Position numbers and translations under genes: made by a program | Source of the DNA: Octopus vulgaris | Lineage: Eukaryota | DNA: 64,000 nt | Direction: 5' to 3' | Assembly (NCBI GenBank): GCA_951406725.2 | Contig: OX597831.1 | Location: 19,096,001-19,160,000, forward strand | Notes under the pieces: generated by a model | Told to the model about the DNA's origin: nothing | Seen by the model: only the letters and a program-made list of their open reading frames with translations | Databases searched by the model: none | Shown: positions 11,300 through 27,000 of the stretch, piece after piece | Numbering within the stretch: the stretch's first letter is position 1 | Layout of the letters: the number at the start of each line of letters is the position of its first letter

Positions 11300-14200
11300 A
11301 GCATATTTCAACTCAAGCCAGCATAAACTCTTCTTGTCTCTAGTCCCAGAACCTTTGAATTCTACAATTCTACAATCCTACTATTCTACTCTTTTACTAC
11401 CATCGGAGGATAAATTTATACAAATCTATATACAACCTGGAGAAAGAAATATAAACCAAAACTAAACCCAAGACTAGTTCTAAAACTAGTCCCGTGAGTA
11501 CAATTATTTTCTCTTGATCTGTATTAAACACACCGCTCATCCTGATTTGTACTAAATACACTGAACTCTCCCACACACACTCAGATATAGCCACGCATTT
11601 CCATATATATCGACACAAACCTTTCAACGGTGTATTCACTATTATACATCAAGCCATCAATAACTGACGTACAGTGTATAATACTGTCCCACTGAATATG
11701 GCCAATATTATTCAAACACGCCCCTGGGTTGAAAATGAAATCACTGCACTGATAAACGCTTGGTACACTCACCACAACGAAGCTAATGTTTACAGTAAAA
11801 TAGCTGAAAAATTAGCAAAATAATCCTTTCACAGATATGTAAAACACATCGAAAACAAAATAAAAGAGATCGTAAGAACATTTCCTATTTTCCACACACA
11901 TATGGCAACACTAGAAGCCAGCCTTGACAATGAATGTAGTGCACCAAATGACCCAACTCCAACAGGTCAGGGGTCACTTCAACGACCCGATAGCCAGCAA
12001 CAAACAATATCTGACCTAATTCCTCCCAACACTACCTTGGCAAGCCAGGACTCACTATCGCAACAACAACGGCCTGCTTCTGCTACTACATTGGAAGCAC
12101 CTTGTTTGGCACCAGTATCTGACCCGATTCCACCCAGCCCTACTGTTGCAAGTCAAGTTTCCCTGCTGCTACAGCAACAACAACAACAACAACACTCTGC
12201 AACTGCTACTACAATAGGATCACTGACCAACGAGCCTGCCAGAATAGAAAAATCACTTCTACACCCACGTCAAACACCCTGCCGTAACCATTCTCAAGGC
12301 AACTGTAGATTCGGCCCCAGCGGTCCCAACAACAAGGGACGCTGTGCTTTCTTCCATCCTACCTTATGTCGTAGACTTGTCAAGGGCACTTGTCCATATG
12401 GTATAACGGGAAAAAACTGCCCTCACCTTCACCCCAAATACTGTCCTAAATACAGAGTTCATGGTCCTGATCCCAAATATGGATGCACAAAACGCAATGG
12501 ATGCACGTTCTTCCCTCCTAAACTGTGCCAAACTTCTGTGTCACTAAGGATGTACCTGAACCCAGAATGCAACCACCACCATCTGAAGGGCACAAAACAA
12601 TCGTAAAATAAATATAAACAGCAACAGAGGGGATCTACGACAACAACAAAAACAAAATACAACCACGTTTCCCCTCCTACAATCCAACAACGTAGACAGA
12701 ACCATGAAAAAACACCAAATAACGCCAACATGAAATATGTATCCTCTGACCAAGTGGCAAACCAAACAAGTAACTCTTTTTTACTGACTTAACTAGAAAA
12801 TATGAAGGCCGACCTAAGCCAGGAGATCCAACGAGCTATTAGCAACCACCTATGCAAATCACAAGGACCACACACCTACTACTAACAAGAAAATCATACA
12901 CACACAGCTCCATACAAGAACTACCCACATTGTTACCACTGAACAACATAAAACATAACTTAGAACATTGCAAACATCAAACTTCCCTTACCTCGACATT
13001 CCTGTTAAATGTACGTGGCATCAACCCATCAATTATTGCCCAAAAATGGAAGATCCCATATATAGAGAGTTGGCTTGCCGAAACGGCACATTGCTTCCCT
13101 TTCTTTATCTTTACTGAGACTCACCTGAACAACACCCATATGGATGCCGAGGTGAAAATAAAAGATTTCACCATTGTTCATGTGGATCGCACAGACCGAA
13201 ATAAGGGAGGGGCAGCCATCTTTATCCATGACTCCTTTTCACTTGATGCCAAGGACATATTTTCCAATGGCTATTGTGAATCTGTATCACTATTCAGCAA
13301 GGCCAAGGACATAATAATAGGTGGTCTTTACAGGCCTCTCCAAGCACCTCTAAAGAGCTTTGAAGAGTGCCTTAGCAAAATCAAGTCCTTCCTTCGGAAG
13401 TACAACTCTGGAAACATACTAGTGATGGGTGATTTTAACCTCCCTCATGTGAACTGGCCCACAAATACTCTGAAGTTAGGCAAATGCTCTACATCAGATA
13501 GGGCAGCAGCAGAACTGCTTTTAATCTAATGGATGAATATTTCCTGACTCAGCTAGTGCTCGAACAAACGAGACAGAATAAAACGATCTTGGATTTGGTA
13601 TTGGCCAATCACTCTAGCTTCGTTGACAGTATTTCAGTTGAAAAAACTCTCCTCTCAGACCACGACATGGTACTCTGCAATTTTAATTCGCGACATATAA
13701 AAACCAAACCAGCCAATCCTACTCCATGGCACTCATTTGACAACATAAACTTCCACAAAGCGGACTGGGGAGCAATCAGAAAGGATCTGTCTTTCATCGA
13801 CTGGTCTTTTACTCTCAATTCCACCCATATTGAGACTGCATGGCAGCACTTTGAGAACATTGTCACCTAGACATGCTCTAAACACGCTCCCACGAAATCT
13901 ACTAACACAAACAGAAACCGGCTCCCTAAAAAGAAAGAAACACTCATCAGGCGCATCAAAAGACTAAAAAGAAAAATCAACCAATTAAAATATTCCCACA
14001 TACAACATCCACATTCAACAACAATTCAAAGGCTAGAGCTGGAAAAACATCATCTGCAGACCGACATGAAAATCTCCATTGAAAATCAAAGAACTGTGGA
14101 GGAACAGTGGGTAACCAAAAACATCAAACAGAACCCAAAAGTGTTCTATTATTATGCAAATAAGCATAGAACCACTCTCTCACCCATTGGGCCCTTGATT

Positions 14201-15955
14201 GATGATAACGGATTTCCCCAACACGATGCTAAAGAAATGGCAGAAACACTGTAGAAACAATACTGCTCTGTCTTTAGTGTTCCCACTGATATTGACGTAA
14301 GAGAAGCGAACGAAGTTGACTCCCAACATAAAATCTCAGACATAACCTTGACTGCCACTGACATCATAGCAGCAATAAATGAGGTCAAATACTACTCTGC
14401 TGTAGGCCCTGACAGATTCCCCGCTAGTCTCCTGAAGGAAGGTAGACACCAACTTGCAGTCCCTCTGACCAACCTCTGGAAAAATTCGTTAGACGCAGGA
14501 TATATACCGAAACAGTTTCTATCCCTCGCACTCAACTATCGCCCAATCTCACTCACCTCCCACATCATTAAAGTGTTTGAAAGAGTGTTAAGATCAAGGA
14601 TAGCTGACTTCCTGGAGACCCACAAACTCCTAAATGCAAATCAGCATGGCTTTCACAGTGGCAGCGTATGTCTAATACAGCTCTTACACCACATTGAAGA
14701 TATACTCAAAGCCTTGGGAACAGGTTCGAACTCTGATGTCATATATCTTGACTTCAGTAAAGCGTTCGACAGGGTAGACCATAATATCCTACTCTCAAAA
14801 TTGGCAAATGTTGGAATCCGTGGAAAAGTTCTACACTGGATTAAGTATTTCCTGGCAAATAGAACACATGTTGTAGTTGAGTTCACTCAAGCCCAGCAAA
14901 AGTCACCAGCGGTGTCCCCCAGGGGACTGTCTTGGTCCCGCTACTCTTCATAATTTACATAAATGACCTTTCCAGTGTCGTACATCACTGCAAAGTGAAA
15001 ATATTGAAGAAGTAGACCGAACTCAACTCCAGTCTGATCTATATGCTGTGAGTCAATGGAAAGACAGAAATAAAATGCAACTGAACGAGAGAAAATTTGA
15101 GCTGATGAATTTTGGAAGAAATTCCTCACTAAAACAGCCATACTCTCTTCCTTCAGGGGAACCGCTCACAGCCTCTAACAATATCAGAGACTTGGGTGTA
15201 ATTTTTGATGACGATCTCAGTTGGAGTGCACACATCAATAATAAGGTCGATATAGCTCGTAGGATGAGTTCCTGGATCTTAAGAACTTTCCGGTCCAGAG
15301 AACAAGGTGGCATCATACCACTTTTTTCCTCCTTTGTACGGCCACACCTCGAATACTGCTGCCCACTGTGGTCTCCCCATACAAGACAAAACATCTCGAG
15401 GATTGAATCACCCCAGAGGGTACTCTCTAAACGAATTGAAGTCATGGCTGCTCTCGATTATTGGGACCGACTTAAAGCCTTGAAACTCTACTTTGTCCAG
15501 CGTAACCGTGAGCGGTACATCATTTGTACGATGTGGAGAATATACCGCCAACTTTGCCCAAACGACCTGAACATTAGCTTCAAGGTTCATCCAAGACTGG
15601 GACCTCGGGCCATACGTCCCCTGCCCAATTCAAGATCACAGCATACATGTACACTGCAACATAATGTCTTTTTCTCAACAGGCCCTGTCCTATTTAACAT
15701 TGTCACGAAAGATATCAAAGAGGAAAAGGATCCCATCAACTTTAAACGGAGTCTGGATGGATTCCTTCAAAGAATACCAGATAAGCCACCCATAATTGGA
15801 TACAACTCACCCAACAAAAACTCACTACTTGAATGGACCATAAACAAAACTTGTCTTAAACAGGGTTCAAATAATCCTATCAGGTGGTGCTATTAAGTTA
15901 GACATGGCTTGGACCAATCTTTGGTCGAAACATATCTAAGTTTATCTAAATTTAC
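11300..15955 (+). mobile_element. Near full-length but disrupted LINE (CR1/L2-like) with ORF1 and ORF2
   Basis: ORF1 11902-12606 with repeated C-x7-C-xn-C-x3-H zinc fingers. ORF2 pieces 12852-15896 carry LNVRG, ETHL, MGDFN, SDH, NYRPISLTS and YLDFSKAFD, broken by stops and frameshifts. The 5' boundary is approximate. Confidence 0.9.
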
Positions 15956-15960
15956 TCCAT

Positions 15961-16008
<48 letters not shown>

Positions 16009-16905
16009 ATAGAAGCCATCTTATCATGGCTAACCACATAGGGGAGGGGGTGTCACTGTAGCTTTATAGACCCAAGAGATCATCGTATCTAGCTGGCTTT
16101 AGACACCATATCAGTGCCCTTGAAGTATTTGCAAAGGGAGGCCATCCCTTCCTCGCAAGCCTGACGAGAAGCCTACTTACGAGAAATGAGAATCGAAATA
16201 TCCATAAGACAGTTCATTGTGTAATTTCGAGATCAAATCTGCCTATTCTGACGCCGTCCAGGTGGCAATTTCTATTACAATTGAATATAATGTAACATGT
16301 GTTGTAAGTGACAAAAAAAGCATTTTAAGTTGATCAATGACATGTTGTGTTTTTATTCTTATACATTCACCAACGCGACGGATGTATAAAATATGAGTTA
16401 CAGAAAACCGCTATTTGGTCGTATCTGTACTTAATGAACGAACAGCAATATTAGACATACAATGGGTTCAGCCGAAATTGACGATTTTTATTTCTCCATT
16501 TTTTTAAGGAAAGTCCTTATGAATTTGTAACTATTGAACATCACCTTTAAGGTTATTGTTTTAATTGAGAAATGTTGGATGAGTTTCAGGAAGGGAAGCC
16601 AACTGGATATTGGATTCAAATTTTGTGACAAGGAAAGCATTTTCGGTTCGTCGGATAAACATTCCTTTATAATTATCCTACCACTTGACTTGTACATATT
16701 TTATCGATCCCTAAATGAGCAAATCCAAAGTTGATCGGAATGGAACAAATGCAAGTCAGTGGAATTTGAACAAAAATATCCACTCTCTTTTTATCTCCTT
16801 TTTTTTCTGTTTGTTTATTTATTTCTCTTTTTCTATCCTATTCTTTTGTCCCTTATGCATACTTTTCTTGCTCTACAATTTGCCTTCCTTCTGCTTGTCG
16901 CCCAC

Positions 16906-16996
16906 CTCAGAATACTTTTATCCATGTTCTGACAGTTACTATTTAATTTAGCTGACATTTTGATAGAACTACAAACTTTTATCAGCGAATCCGTAC
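16906..16996 (-). pseudogene. Possible decayed exon 2 of paralog D
   Basis: ttcttttag acceptor, 91-nt phase-1/phase-2 candidate exon (same size as exon 2 of paralog C). Its end aaagtattctgag|gt resembles aaattattctgcat|gt of copy A, but the Cys spacing is not conserved. Confidence 0.3.
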
Positions 16997-17194
16997 CTAA
17001 AAGAACACAAAGAATAAACTTCGCTGAAGAGAGATAAAACTCTCTTGAAGTACTTTGGTGTAAAATGCATTTTACATTACAAATTTTAACAAACATTTAA
17101 TTTATTATATCTACTGAAAACACAAAATACTCCTTATTTCCCAGTACCTTAAATTCTCCCTGCAATTCTCTAATCATTTACTACGCAAGCGGTT

Positions 17195-17330
17195 AAATCG
17201 AAGGAGACTGTCGATTACCTCCACCCCAGTTTTCAGCTGGTACTTATTTTAAGGAACCTGAAAGGATAAAAAGCAAAGACATCTTCGGTGTTATTTGAAC
17301 TCAGATCCTACAGAAGGACGAAATGCCTTA
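17195..17330. mobile_element. SINE fragment (second family; homolog at 56080-56210)
   Basis: Shared gtcgatta...ctggtactta...aaaggcaaag...atttgaactca block. Confidence 0.55.
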
Positions 17331-17886
17331 TGTTTCATGTGAAATAATCAAAGGAAACGACGTAAACAAGCTATCAGTTATTATTTGTATAAATTATTGA
17401 TAATTCAACTATTCAGATATAATGAATTTTAAACATAAACGAGTGTATTCGAGATCAATGAGTATCAATAATGGCGTCTCGGATATCAATATTGGCGTAT
17501 ACCAATGAATAATAAAGCAACATTCATGAGACCAAGTTCTAATAAAACAATTTTGAATTGTGTAATACAGAGACTTGCTCACACCATATTTTTGACAAGG
17601 ATCAGAAAATATAAAGAAATAGAATCTTTGACAATGATAATAAAATGTTAACATTTTTTATCAGTGTCAGCGACTCGTTGACTGTATTTTGATATATCTC
17701 TGTTAACAAATGTTTTCCCCTACAAAGGCTACAGAAAGCCGTGCACTTTACTTTTGAAAATCTTTCTGTTAAAAAAAGGTGTCACTGGTCAATTCAATTA
17801 ACATCTTTAGAAGACCTCTGCATTTTCAAACTCACTTCCCTGTATATTTTCATACATGCGGTACCTTCCAGTATTATTTTGTAATT

Positions 17887-19617
<1,731 letters not shown>

Positions 19618-20084
19618 TATATATATATATTCAATGATTGATACAGGAGACGGAATGTAACTAGAAGCTTTATTAACACAACAATCGTTTCGGCTTCATT
19701 CTGTTCTGACTCCCTGTGTGTTACTGACAATATAATGACATCAGATGCAACACAGAGTTCAGTAAGCACCATCAGTGACATAACATGCTTCAAAATTACC
19801 AGATTTACATTTTATTTTCGCTCCAACTCTAACCTCAAACTAACTGTGATGACAAGCCTTTAACATCTTTCCTCAGCAGCTTTCATTCTATCTATATCAC
19901 TCTCCCAGACAATTCCGCCTGTGTATATTCTTTTTTTTCCAGTCCTCTTCCCTCGCCTTTAACTTAATTTAATCTAATCCTTCCTGTGCAGGCCTATCTC
20001 TTTCAGTCTCCCATTTACTTTCCCTTGTTCAATTTTATTATTTCTTTTCATTCTATTTGTCTGCAGTTTATATGTACTCCTAAA

Positions 20085-20345
20085 AAGCTCCACGAGGCTC
20101 CGGCAGGGGATGGTGGTGATCCCTGCTGTACTCTTTCACCACAACCTTCTATCACTCTTACTTCCTCTTTCTGTTGTACCTGTATTTCAAAGGGCCGGCC
20201 TTGTCACGCTGAATATCCCCGAGAAATACGTTAAGGGTACACGTGTCTGTGGATTGCTCAGCCACTTACACGTTAATTTCACGAGCAGGCTGTTCCGTTG
20301 ATTCGGATCAACCGGAAGCCTCATCGTCGCAACCGACGGAGTGCT
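20085..20345 (+). mobile_element. Probable SINE fragment (third family)
   Basis: GC-richer island (aagggccggccttgtcac...cacgttaatttcacgagcaggctgttccg...gacggagtg) recognised only by resemblance to cephalopod SINE 3' regions; single copy in this window. Confidence 0.4.
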
Positions 20346-20654
20346 TCCATCCATATGTACTATTTTTGATGGATATTTAATATTGACAATGGTAGTAATG
20401 CCTCAATCCATAATTGAAGTGGACAATAACAACATGACGGACCAAACTGAAGACCTTAAGTCAGACACCACTTTATGTGTGAATGTAACTGGTGTGACTG
20501 CAAAATAGGTTCAACACAATATGATGCACAGCAGTCCAGCCATAAAGGAAGGTCGAAGAATGGGTCAAAAAGATCGCCGTGAAAATAAAGATTTATACCA
20601 AATCCATTTTCTGTTTCCTTCATTGATTATGTGTGTCTTGGATCATCCCATACA

Positions 20655-21400
20655 TGCGCTTTCTTATCATTCTGTTTTTAATGCGGTTTTTTATTATGCG
20701 CTTTCTTATAATTCTGTTTTTAATACGGTTTCTTATAATTCTGTTTTTAATGCGGCTTTTTATTATACGGTTTCTTATAATTCTGTTTTTAATACGGTTT
20801 CTTATAATTCTGTTTTTAATGCGGTTTTATATTATACGGTTTCTTATAATTCTGTTTTTAATGCGGTTTTTTATTATGCAGTTTCTTATACTTCTGTTTT
20901 TAATGCGGTTTTAATGCGGTTTTTTATTATGCAGTTTCTTATACTTCTGTTTTTAATGCGGTTTTAATGCGGTTTTTTATTATGCGATTTCTTATAATTC
21001 TGTTTTGTATACGTTTTTTTATTATACGGTTTTTTATTATTCGGCTTATTATAATTCTGATTTTAATGCGGTTTTTTATTATGCCGTTTCTTATAATTCT
21101 GTTTTTAATGCGGTATTTTATTAAGCGGTTTCTAATATTCTGTTTTTAATGCAGTTTTTCATTATGTTGTTTCTTATAATTCTGTTTTTAATGCGGTTTT
21201 TATTATGCGGTTTCTTATCATTCTGTTTTTAATGCGGTTTGTTTTATGCGGTTTCTTATAATTCTGTTTTTTAATGTGGTTTTTAAATTATGCGGTTTCT
21301 TGTAATTCTGTTTTTTTAATGCGGTTTTTCTATTATGCAGTTTCTTATAATTCTGTTTTTTAATGCTGTTTCTCATTATGCAGTTTCTTATAATTCTCTT
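20655..21400. repeat. Minisatellite, ~24-37-bp units (tttcttataattctgtttttaatgcggttttttattatgcg)
   Basis: About 20 degenerate tandem copies; they generate the spurious MRFLIILFL ORFs. Confidence 0.95.
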
Positions 21401-22646
21401 TTTTTTCAAAATGAAGTTGAACAAAGTTCTTTGTTAATCTAAAATATACTTGCCTTCATTTTCTACAAAGTTCTTCCATCTATCTGAGAGACTTGTATAC
21501 TAATATTGGTATACTTATTTACTAATTTTTGTATATATGTATTATTGTTTTTATGAAAAAAACATGGTAAATTGGTTTTTTCCCCTTCCACAATTTAAAA
21601 AATAAATTTTTCCCGTTCCAGATCTTGAAAATTTGCCTTGAAATAAAAGCCGTTATGATTTATTTTTTGTCTTTTAATTTTTCATACACCCGTTTTTATG
21701 AAAATTTACTTTCAATTTAGCATATACTTCTGGCATAATATGATCTTATGTGTATGTAAGCAATAGAGTCACAACAGCAGTTGAAAACAGAGGTTGGCTC
21801 TTAAACTATTAGTGGAAGTAAAGTTTTGTTATTCAAAATTTTATATCGTTAAATATTTAAAATTAATTACTTAAGCTAGTTTACTTTGGTTCTCTTGTAT
21901 TGCATAAACATTTACCCTATAAGCTGTTCCCAGAGATGGTTTAATTACATGACGAAGAGGTTTTGCTTGTATAGGTACAGATTATTGAACATATCTGATC
22001 AATTCCGTGTACCTTATGATTCTTAAAACCTATCACTTAGTGTGTTTTCGCATAATAATCCGTATTGTCATTGAGCTTTTCATTGATAACAAATTTATTA
22101 GCAACGTATATGTAAAGCATCACAATTATGTGATATTTCTTATTAAAAGGGTACACAAGTTATTGAAATACATTCAAAATATCACGGCATGGAATAATGC
22201 TACCGTGTGTGTAATATGAATCTAGCACCACATTCGAATTCGTAATCGTAAGTCAAATGCACACTGCTATATTCTATGTATAGTGTAAGTTAATCTATGA
22301 ATAGCATTATTGTGACTGCAACAAGAACTTTATTCAACTTTATTCAACTTTATTCAATTTATTCAACTTTACTCAATTTTATTCATCTTTATTCAATACG
22401 AATATGGAGTATATATTACATGTGTATATTACATGTTTCTCACTGTAAACACGTCTATTATATTCCATGGCACTCTATAATATCATGGTAATACCACATT
22501 CAAATGTAATACAACTGTATCAATGAAATTACACCGTGCTGCTACTGCAAACGTCCTTTGTTTTCTTTGGTTTTTGGTACAGCTATTGCAAATTCATTGG
22601 AAATGTTCAACATACTATTTCACCGATAGGAGAATAACAGCTGTGA

Positions 22647-22793
22647 TTAATATAGAACAGTTTCAATAGCATATCCTTCATTTGTTGAAGCTGTAGTCAT
22701 ATACTGAAGACACATTGGCAGCAGAAACATAGTGCTTATTCCAACAGTGTTGCCAGAGCTTTTAGTCGTGCTTTTATTCGGGTCTTTCTTAAT
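22647..22793 (-). CDS. Gene A exon 4 (terminal): IKKDPNKSTTKSSGNTVGISTMFLLPMCLQYMTTASTNEGYAIETVLY*
   Basis: ttttctttcag acceptor, phase 0 matching exon 3; homologous to exon 4 of paralog C. Confidence 0.85.
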   Translation of the reverse strand: MKKDPNKSTTKSSGNTVGISTMFLLPMCLQYMTTASTNEGYAIETVLY

Positions 22794-23156
22794 CTGAAAG
22801 AAAACGAACAATATATCTTACAAAAAAATAAACCATGGAGATTTGAGGCTATAAAAAATACTGAAATTATGACCGTTGGATAGAGTAAGTCCTGTGTCAC
22901 ATTATTTGGTACTTAATGAGTAGTTAAAATGCAGCTAAGTACCATATTCTTTCTTTTCTTGCTCGATCGTTCCATCAAGGATCTGTTTTAGTAAAAATAT
23001 GTGATTGTTTTTATTGTGACAATAAAACAATTATTATTCGATCGATTGCTACTCATTGCACTGCGGTAGGAATAAGTGAATTAAATGCAAACTAAAGAAT
23101 ATTATCACTCGCTCTTTGTTTTGACGAAAAAGACGATAGTAAGCCAGTCTACATAC

Positions 23157-23244
23157 CTCACACTTATGTCTATACATGAATTTGAAATTTTCCATACAAT
23201 ATGGGTCTACTTTATGGAAACATCTCCATAAGCTCTGGTATCTC
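23157..23244 (-). CDS. Gene A exon 3: (M)RYQSLWRCFHKVDPYCMENFKFMYRHKCE
   Basis: tttcccttccag acceptor, gtatgt donor, 88 nt, phase 2/0; same size and Cys positions as paralog C. Confidence 0.9.
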
Positions 23245-23937
23245 CTGGAAGGGAAAAATATAATTGAAAATTATACATCCATGTACTCTTGTGTAGTTTA
23301 TGTATTTCATGTTCCAATGTCAAATATATTCTGGACTCGATATCGATTTTCAAGGGACCGAGTATTACACGTAGAAAGAACAACAGACAATACTCAGCCT
23401 TTAAAAAACGTCTCAACTCATTTGCGTTGTTCTGTCAAAAGACATATCGTAGGAAAGTGCACAATTGCGTCAGGTTTAATATCATCCAATGTTTATCACT
23501 TCGAAGAATTGTAAAGAACTAGAGTAAATTAATTCAACTTCAATACAAAATTAACAAAAATCTATCTGTATGTTTCATATTGGCATGAGTATTACTTAGC
23601 ACAGCTTCTAGGTTCTTTTCTCTAATGCCATGCTGGGATATTGGCTGTAAATTGCCAATAATCCTAAGCCAGAGTGTAGCAGAATTGCTTTCACAAATGC
23701 TATTTGTTCAATTACCATTCGTTTAGACCATAGGACAGGTTTATGCTATCAGAAATGGCAGTAATAAAATGTATTAGCCAAACGATATATGAAGATTAAT
23801 CGTAATGGAAATGTGTAAATAGATCTAGAATTTCGTGAAAGGTTTTCTAACAATTAATATATGTCAATAATTAGATGTATATATATATATATATATACTA
23901 ATATTAACATAGATACTAACAGTAAGATCATACATAC

Positions 23938-24025
23938 ATGCAGAATAATTTGGTATTTTCAGGGTGTGCAAATCTAGAACAACTATGTCTTGCTTCTCCA
24001 ACACAATCAATTGACACTGCAACAC
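23938..24025 (-). CDS. Gene A exon 2: (R)VAVSIDCVGEARHSCSRFAHPENTKLFC
   Basis: attttag acceptor, gtatgt donor, 88 nt, phase 1/2; aligns with exon 2 of paralog C. Confidence 0.9.
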
Positions 24026-24062
24026 CTAAAATATTTCGAATTTCATAATATACGAATACATC

Positions 24063-27000
24063 TGTAGAGATGCGAATGAGGTTTTCGTTGGCATCAATAT
24101 GATGACATTAAGAGTTATTAAGATACATAAGAAGAACAGCGACAAACTTTACAGTTGCGGATATAACATTGGAACGAAGCGGGGTGTAAAGCGATGTATT
24201 CACAGACGTAACTTCCTTCTCCCAACACGCGAGACACCAACGGCATTCTTCCAGTTTCAATTAGACACGTTAATCTTTATAAGGCTTCAAAGAGCTCCCT
24301 TTTAATCAAAAGGATGTTACTATATATCCCTACAAATCCCATTTTCAGATCGACATCCGTTGGAAGTGGACTTTATTTTACACATCTCCCTTTTAGAGAT
24401 TTACTTCCCTTGGAAGTTTAATATTTTTTCGTTTTGGAACTACATCTAATGATTCTGTATTTTTTTCTTTTTCTTGTACTAGGTTCAATGATTTATTGCG
24501 GAGTCGCTGCATCAAAGACATCGTAGAGAACTCCCATGGGTACTTCTTTCCTAGTAACAATTTCTCCAGTAAACCTTCAGCTGACTCATCTCTCTTTATT
24601 CCTATTTCGAAACTGTCTTCATGTACATCATTCTACAGATCGGTTTTATTATTTCGCCGTCCTCCCAACCTTCCTTTCCAATTCTGTATTCTGTGAACAA
24701 CACCTTACCCCAAGCTTTTGAATATATGGTCGTATTTTTACTGTCTTGCCAAGTTTTCATTGATTGCTCAGGTAATTATTTGTCAAAAACTGACCTAGTT
24801 TTTCTTGTGAGCAAAAGTTCAGCAGGTGACTTGCTTGAAGAGGTATTTGGATATACCATTACCTGGTAAACTTACAGGAACTGTTGCAACGCTAACTCAT
24901 ACAACTTATCCCTTCGATCTTGTGTGATACGAAGGAGGACATCTTGCAAAATTTCTAAAATTTACTCGCAGTAAATTTGTACCATTATCAGAGACTATGG
25001 TTCCCGGAACCCCATACTTTGCAAACATTCCCTGTAGAAATACCACTGTTACCGCGGGAGTAGGTTTTCAACATTTACTAATTTCTGGCTTTTTTTCTAA
25101 AGACATCTACTACTATAAGATATCATCAGTTCTATGATCCTGCATGAATTGTATGAAGCCAGGTCCATGGAATATCAGTCTTGGACCAGGGTTGAAACTT
25201 TGTAGGAAGTGAGGGCGCTGAAAGAGCTCAACTGTTGCAGGATTTTAGTAACTTTTCAATATCGAGATCCATTTTCGGTCGGTAAAAATAACTCCTCATA
25301 AGTGACTTCATCCGAGAAATTCCAGGATGTCCAGTGAGAAGTCCCTTTAATATTCGACTTTGTAGTGATGCAGATAATACGGCCCTTTGTGCATATATAA
25401 GCATACTATAATATATCGAATACAAATTCGAAACTCTGTTACGTCCAGAAAAATGTATTTTTTGTTTCTTTTGATTTGACTATTTTTCTTCATTTTCATC
25501 ACAGACCCGTCCGTCTCTGCCTTAGTTTTTATTTCCCCCAGCCTCACAGGCAATTCATGCACAAAGTTGCATAAAATACTTTTTATTTCATTTTCCACAC
25601 TTAACGCCGTTCTTACTCTGTTTTCTAGTGGAGTCATCATTCAGTAGGCTCATTCGCCTGCGTTGTTGTATAAGCGGGGATATCCTTCTTTCATCCATAG
25701 ATCAACAGTCTGCAAACGTTATCTTCTCCCATGTATGAATTCATGGAATTTTTTACTGCAAATATGATGGTTAATGCTTCTTTCTCTGCATAATCGTAAA
25801 TTTTGTCAACCAGCAATAAGGATCGCGAACCATGATCTACAAATTTCATATTTGTGGAAAATCACATCTCCAAAACGAATTTCATTAGCGTCAGATGCCA
25901 TTTCTAAATTCAGGTTTAACTGTTATAAAAACAATTCCGATGTTAAGAGATTTTTAATTTCCTGAAAATTTTTTGGTATTTGTCCGACTAATTCCACTTA
26001 ACGTTTCTTTTTAATAAGTTATTCAGGGATGCTCTCAAATCATGCATATTCGGTATATATACCTCAGTAATTTGTGAGCCATAAAAATGCTTGTAACTGT
26101 GTAATGTAATGCTTGTAACGTTGTAACGGGGGATGGATCTTATTTATTGCACCCACCTTTGATGTGTCAGGTCTACATAAAATATTGAAAACAAAACTTG
26201 GTGCTATGTTTATACCAAAATGATCTCGATTAATACAATAATTTATACAATAATTTATACAATCCCCCGAAGATTATCTAGTGTTAGAAATTTTTAATAT
26301 TCTCCATCAGCTTTTACCTGCATGTATGCTTCAGATAGGTCCAACTCTGAAAAAAGTTTTCCTCCATTAAACTCCACGAACATTTCGTCCGAACTTGGTA
26401 GCGGGTAATTATATGTTATCAAAAATGTGTTTAACGCTTTAGGAAAATCAGCTTACATACAGATTTTATTGTATTTTTCTTGATATTAACTGTTGGGCCC
26501 GCCCATTCAGAATAATCAATTTTTTTTATAACCCCAAGTTTTTCTAGTTCTTCGATTACTTGGTCAAACGTTGCGAGAAGTAGTCCAGTTTGGTTTAAAT
26601 TCCAATACAGAATATTCCTTTACGTGAAACGTCGCCTTTGTTTTGGTGCAAAGACCTTATTTTATTACAAAACAGCTGCGGGAAAATTGTTTTTAATTCT
26701 TTTTAATTTTTTCCTCCAGCCACTTATTGGTACTGGCGGGTAAAAAACATTCACATTTTTAAAAAAAATGAAAATTACGCTGAGGTCCCCTAAGTTAAAT
26801 AATTGCATCCAGTATTTTCCGAATAAATTTGGCGTAGTACAAAAAATGTTGGCTTCTAAGGTTTTTCCGGGAAATGTAAAATCACTTTTTTCGAAATACT
26901 TTCCGTTCTACCTTTTCTTTATCTTCTCTCCCATGTCAGATTTTTCCACACACAAAGCAGATAAAACGTAAGCCTCCGCACCTATGGCATGGATTGGGTC

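Noticed and set aside
15897-15942. Stem-loop followed by GAAAC at the LINE 3' end
   Set aside because: Lacks the CUGANGA core; better explained as the LINE 3' recognition hairpin.
16155-16215. CTGACGA...GAAA tatcca TA hammerhead-like string
   Set aside because: Stem I and stem II do not pair convincingly; at most a decayed copy.
20521-21424. Repetitive ORFs (YNSVFNAV..., MRFLIILFL...) and a superficially CRISPR-like periodicity
   Set aside because: Translation of a minisatellite; no unique spacers, no cas genes, eukaryotic context.
23176-23522. Duplicated plus-strand ORFs of 60-112 aa in the segmental duplication
   Set aside because: They are shared only because the DNA is duplicated, one is frameshifted between copies, and the real exons are on the minus strand.
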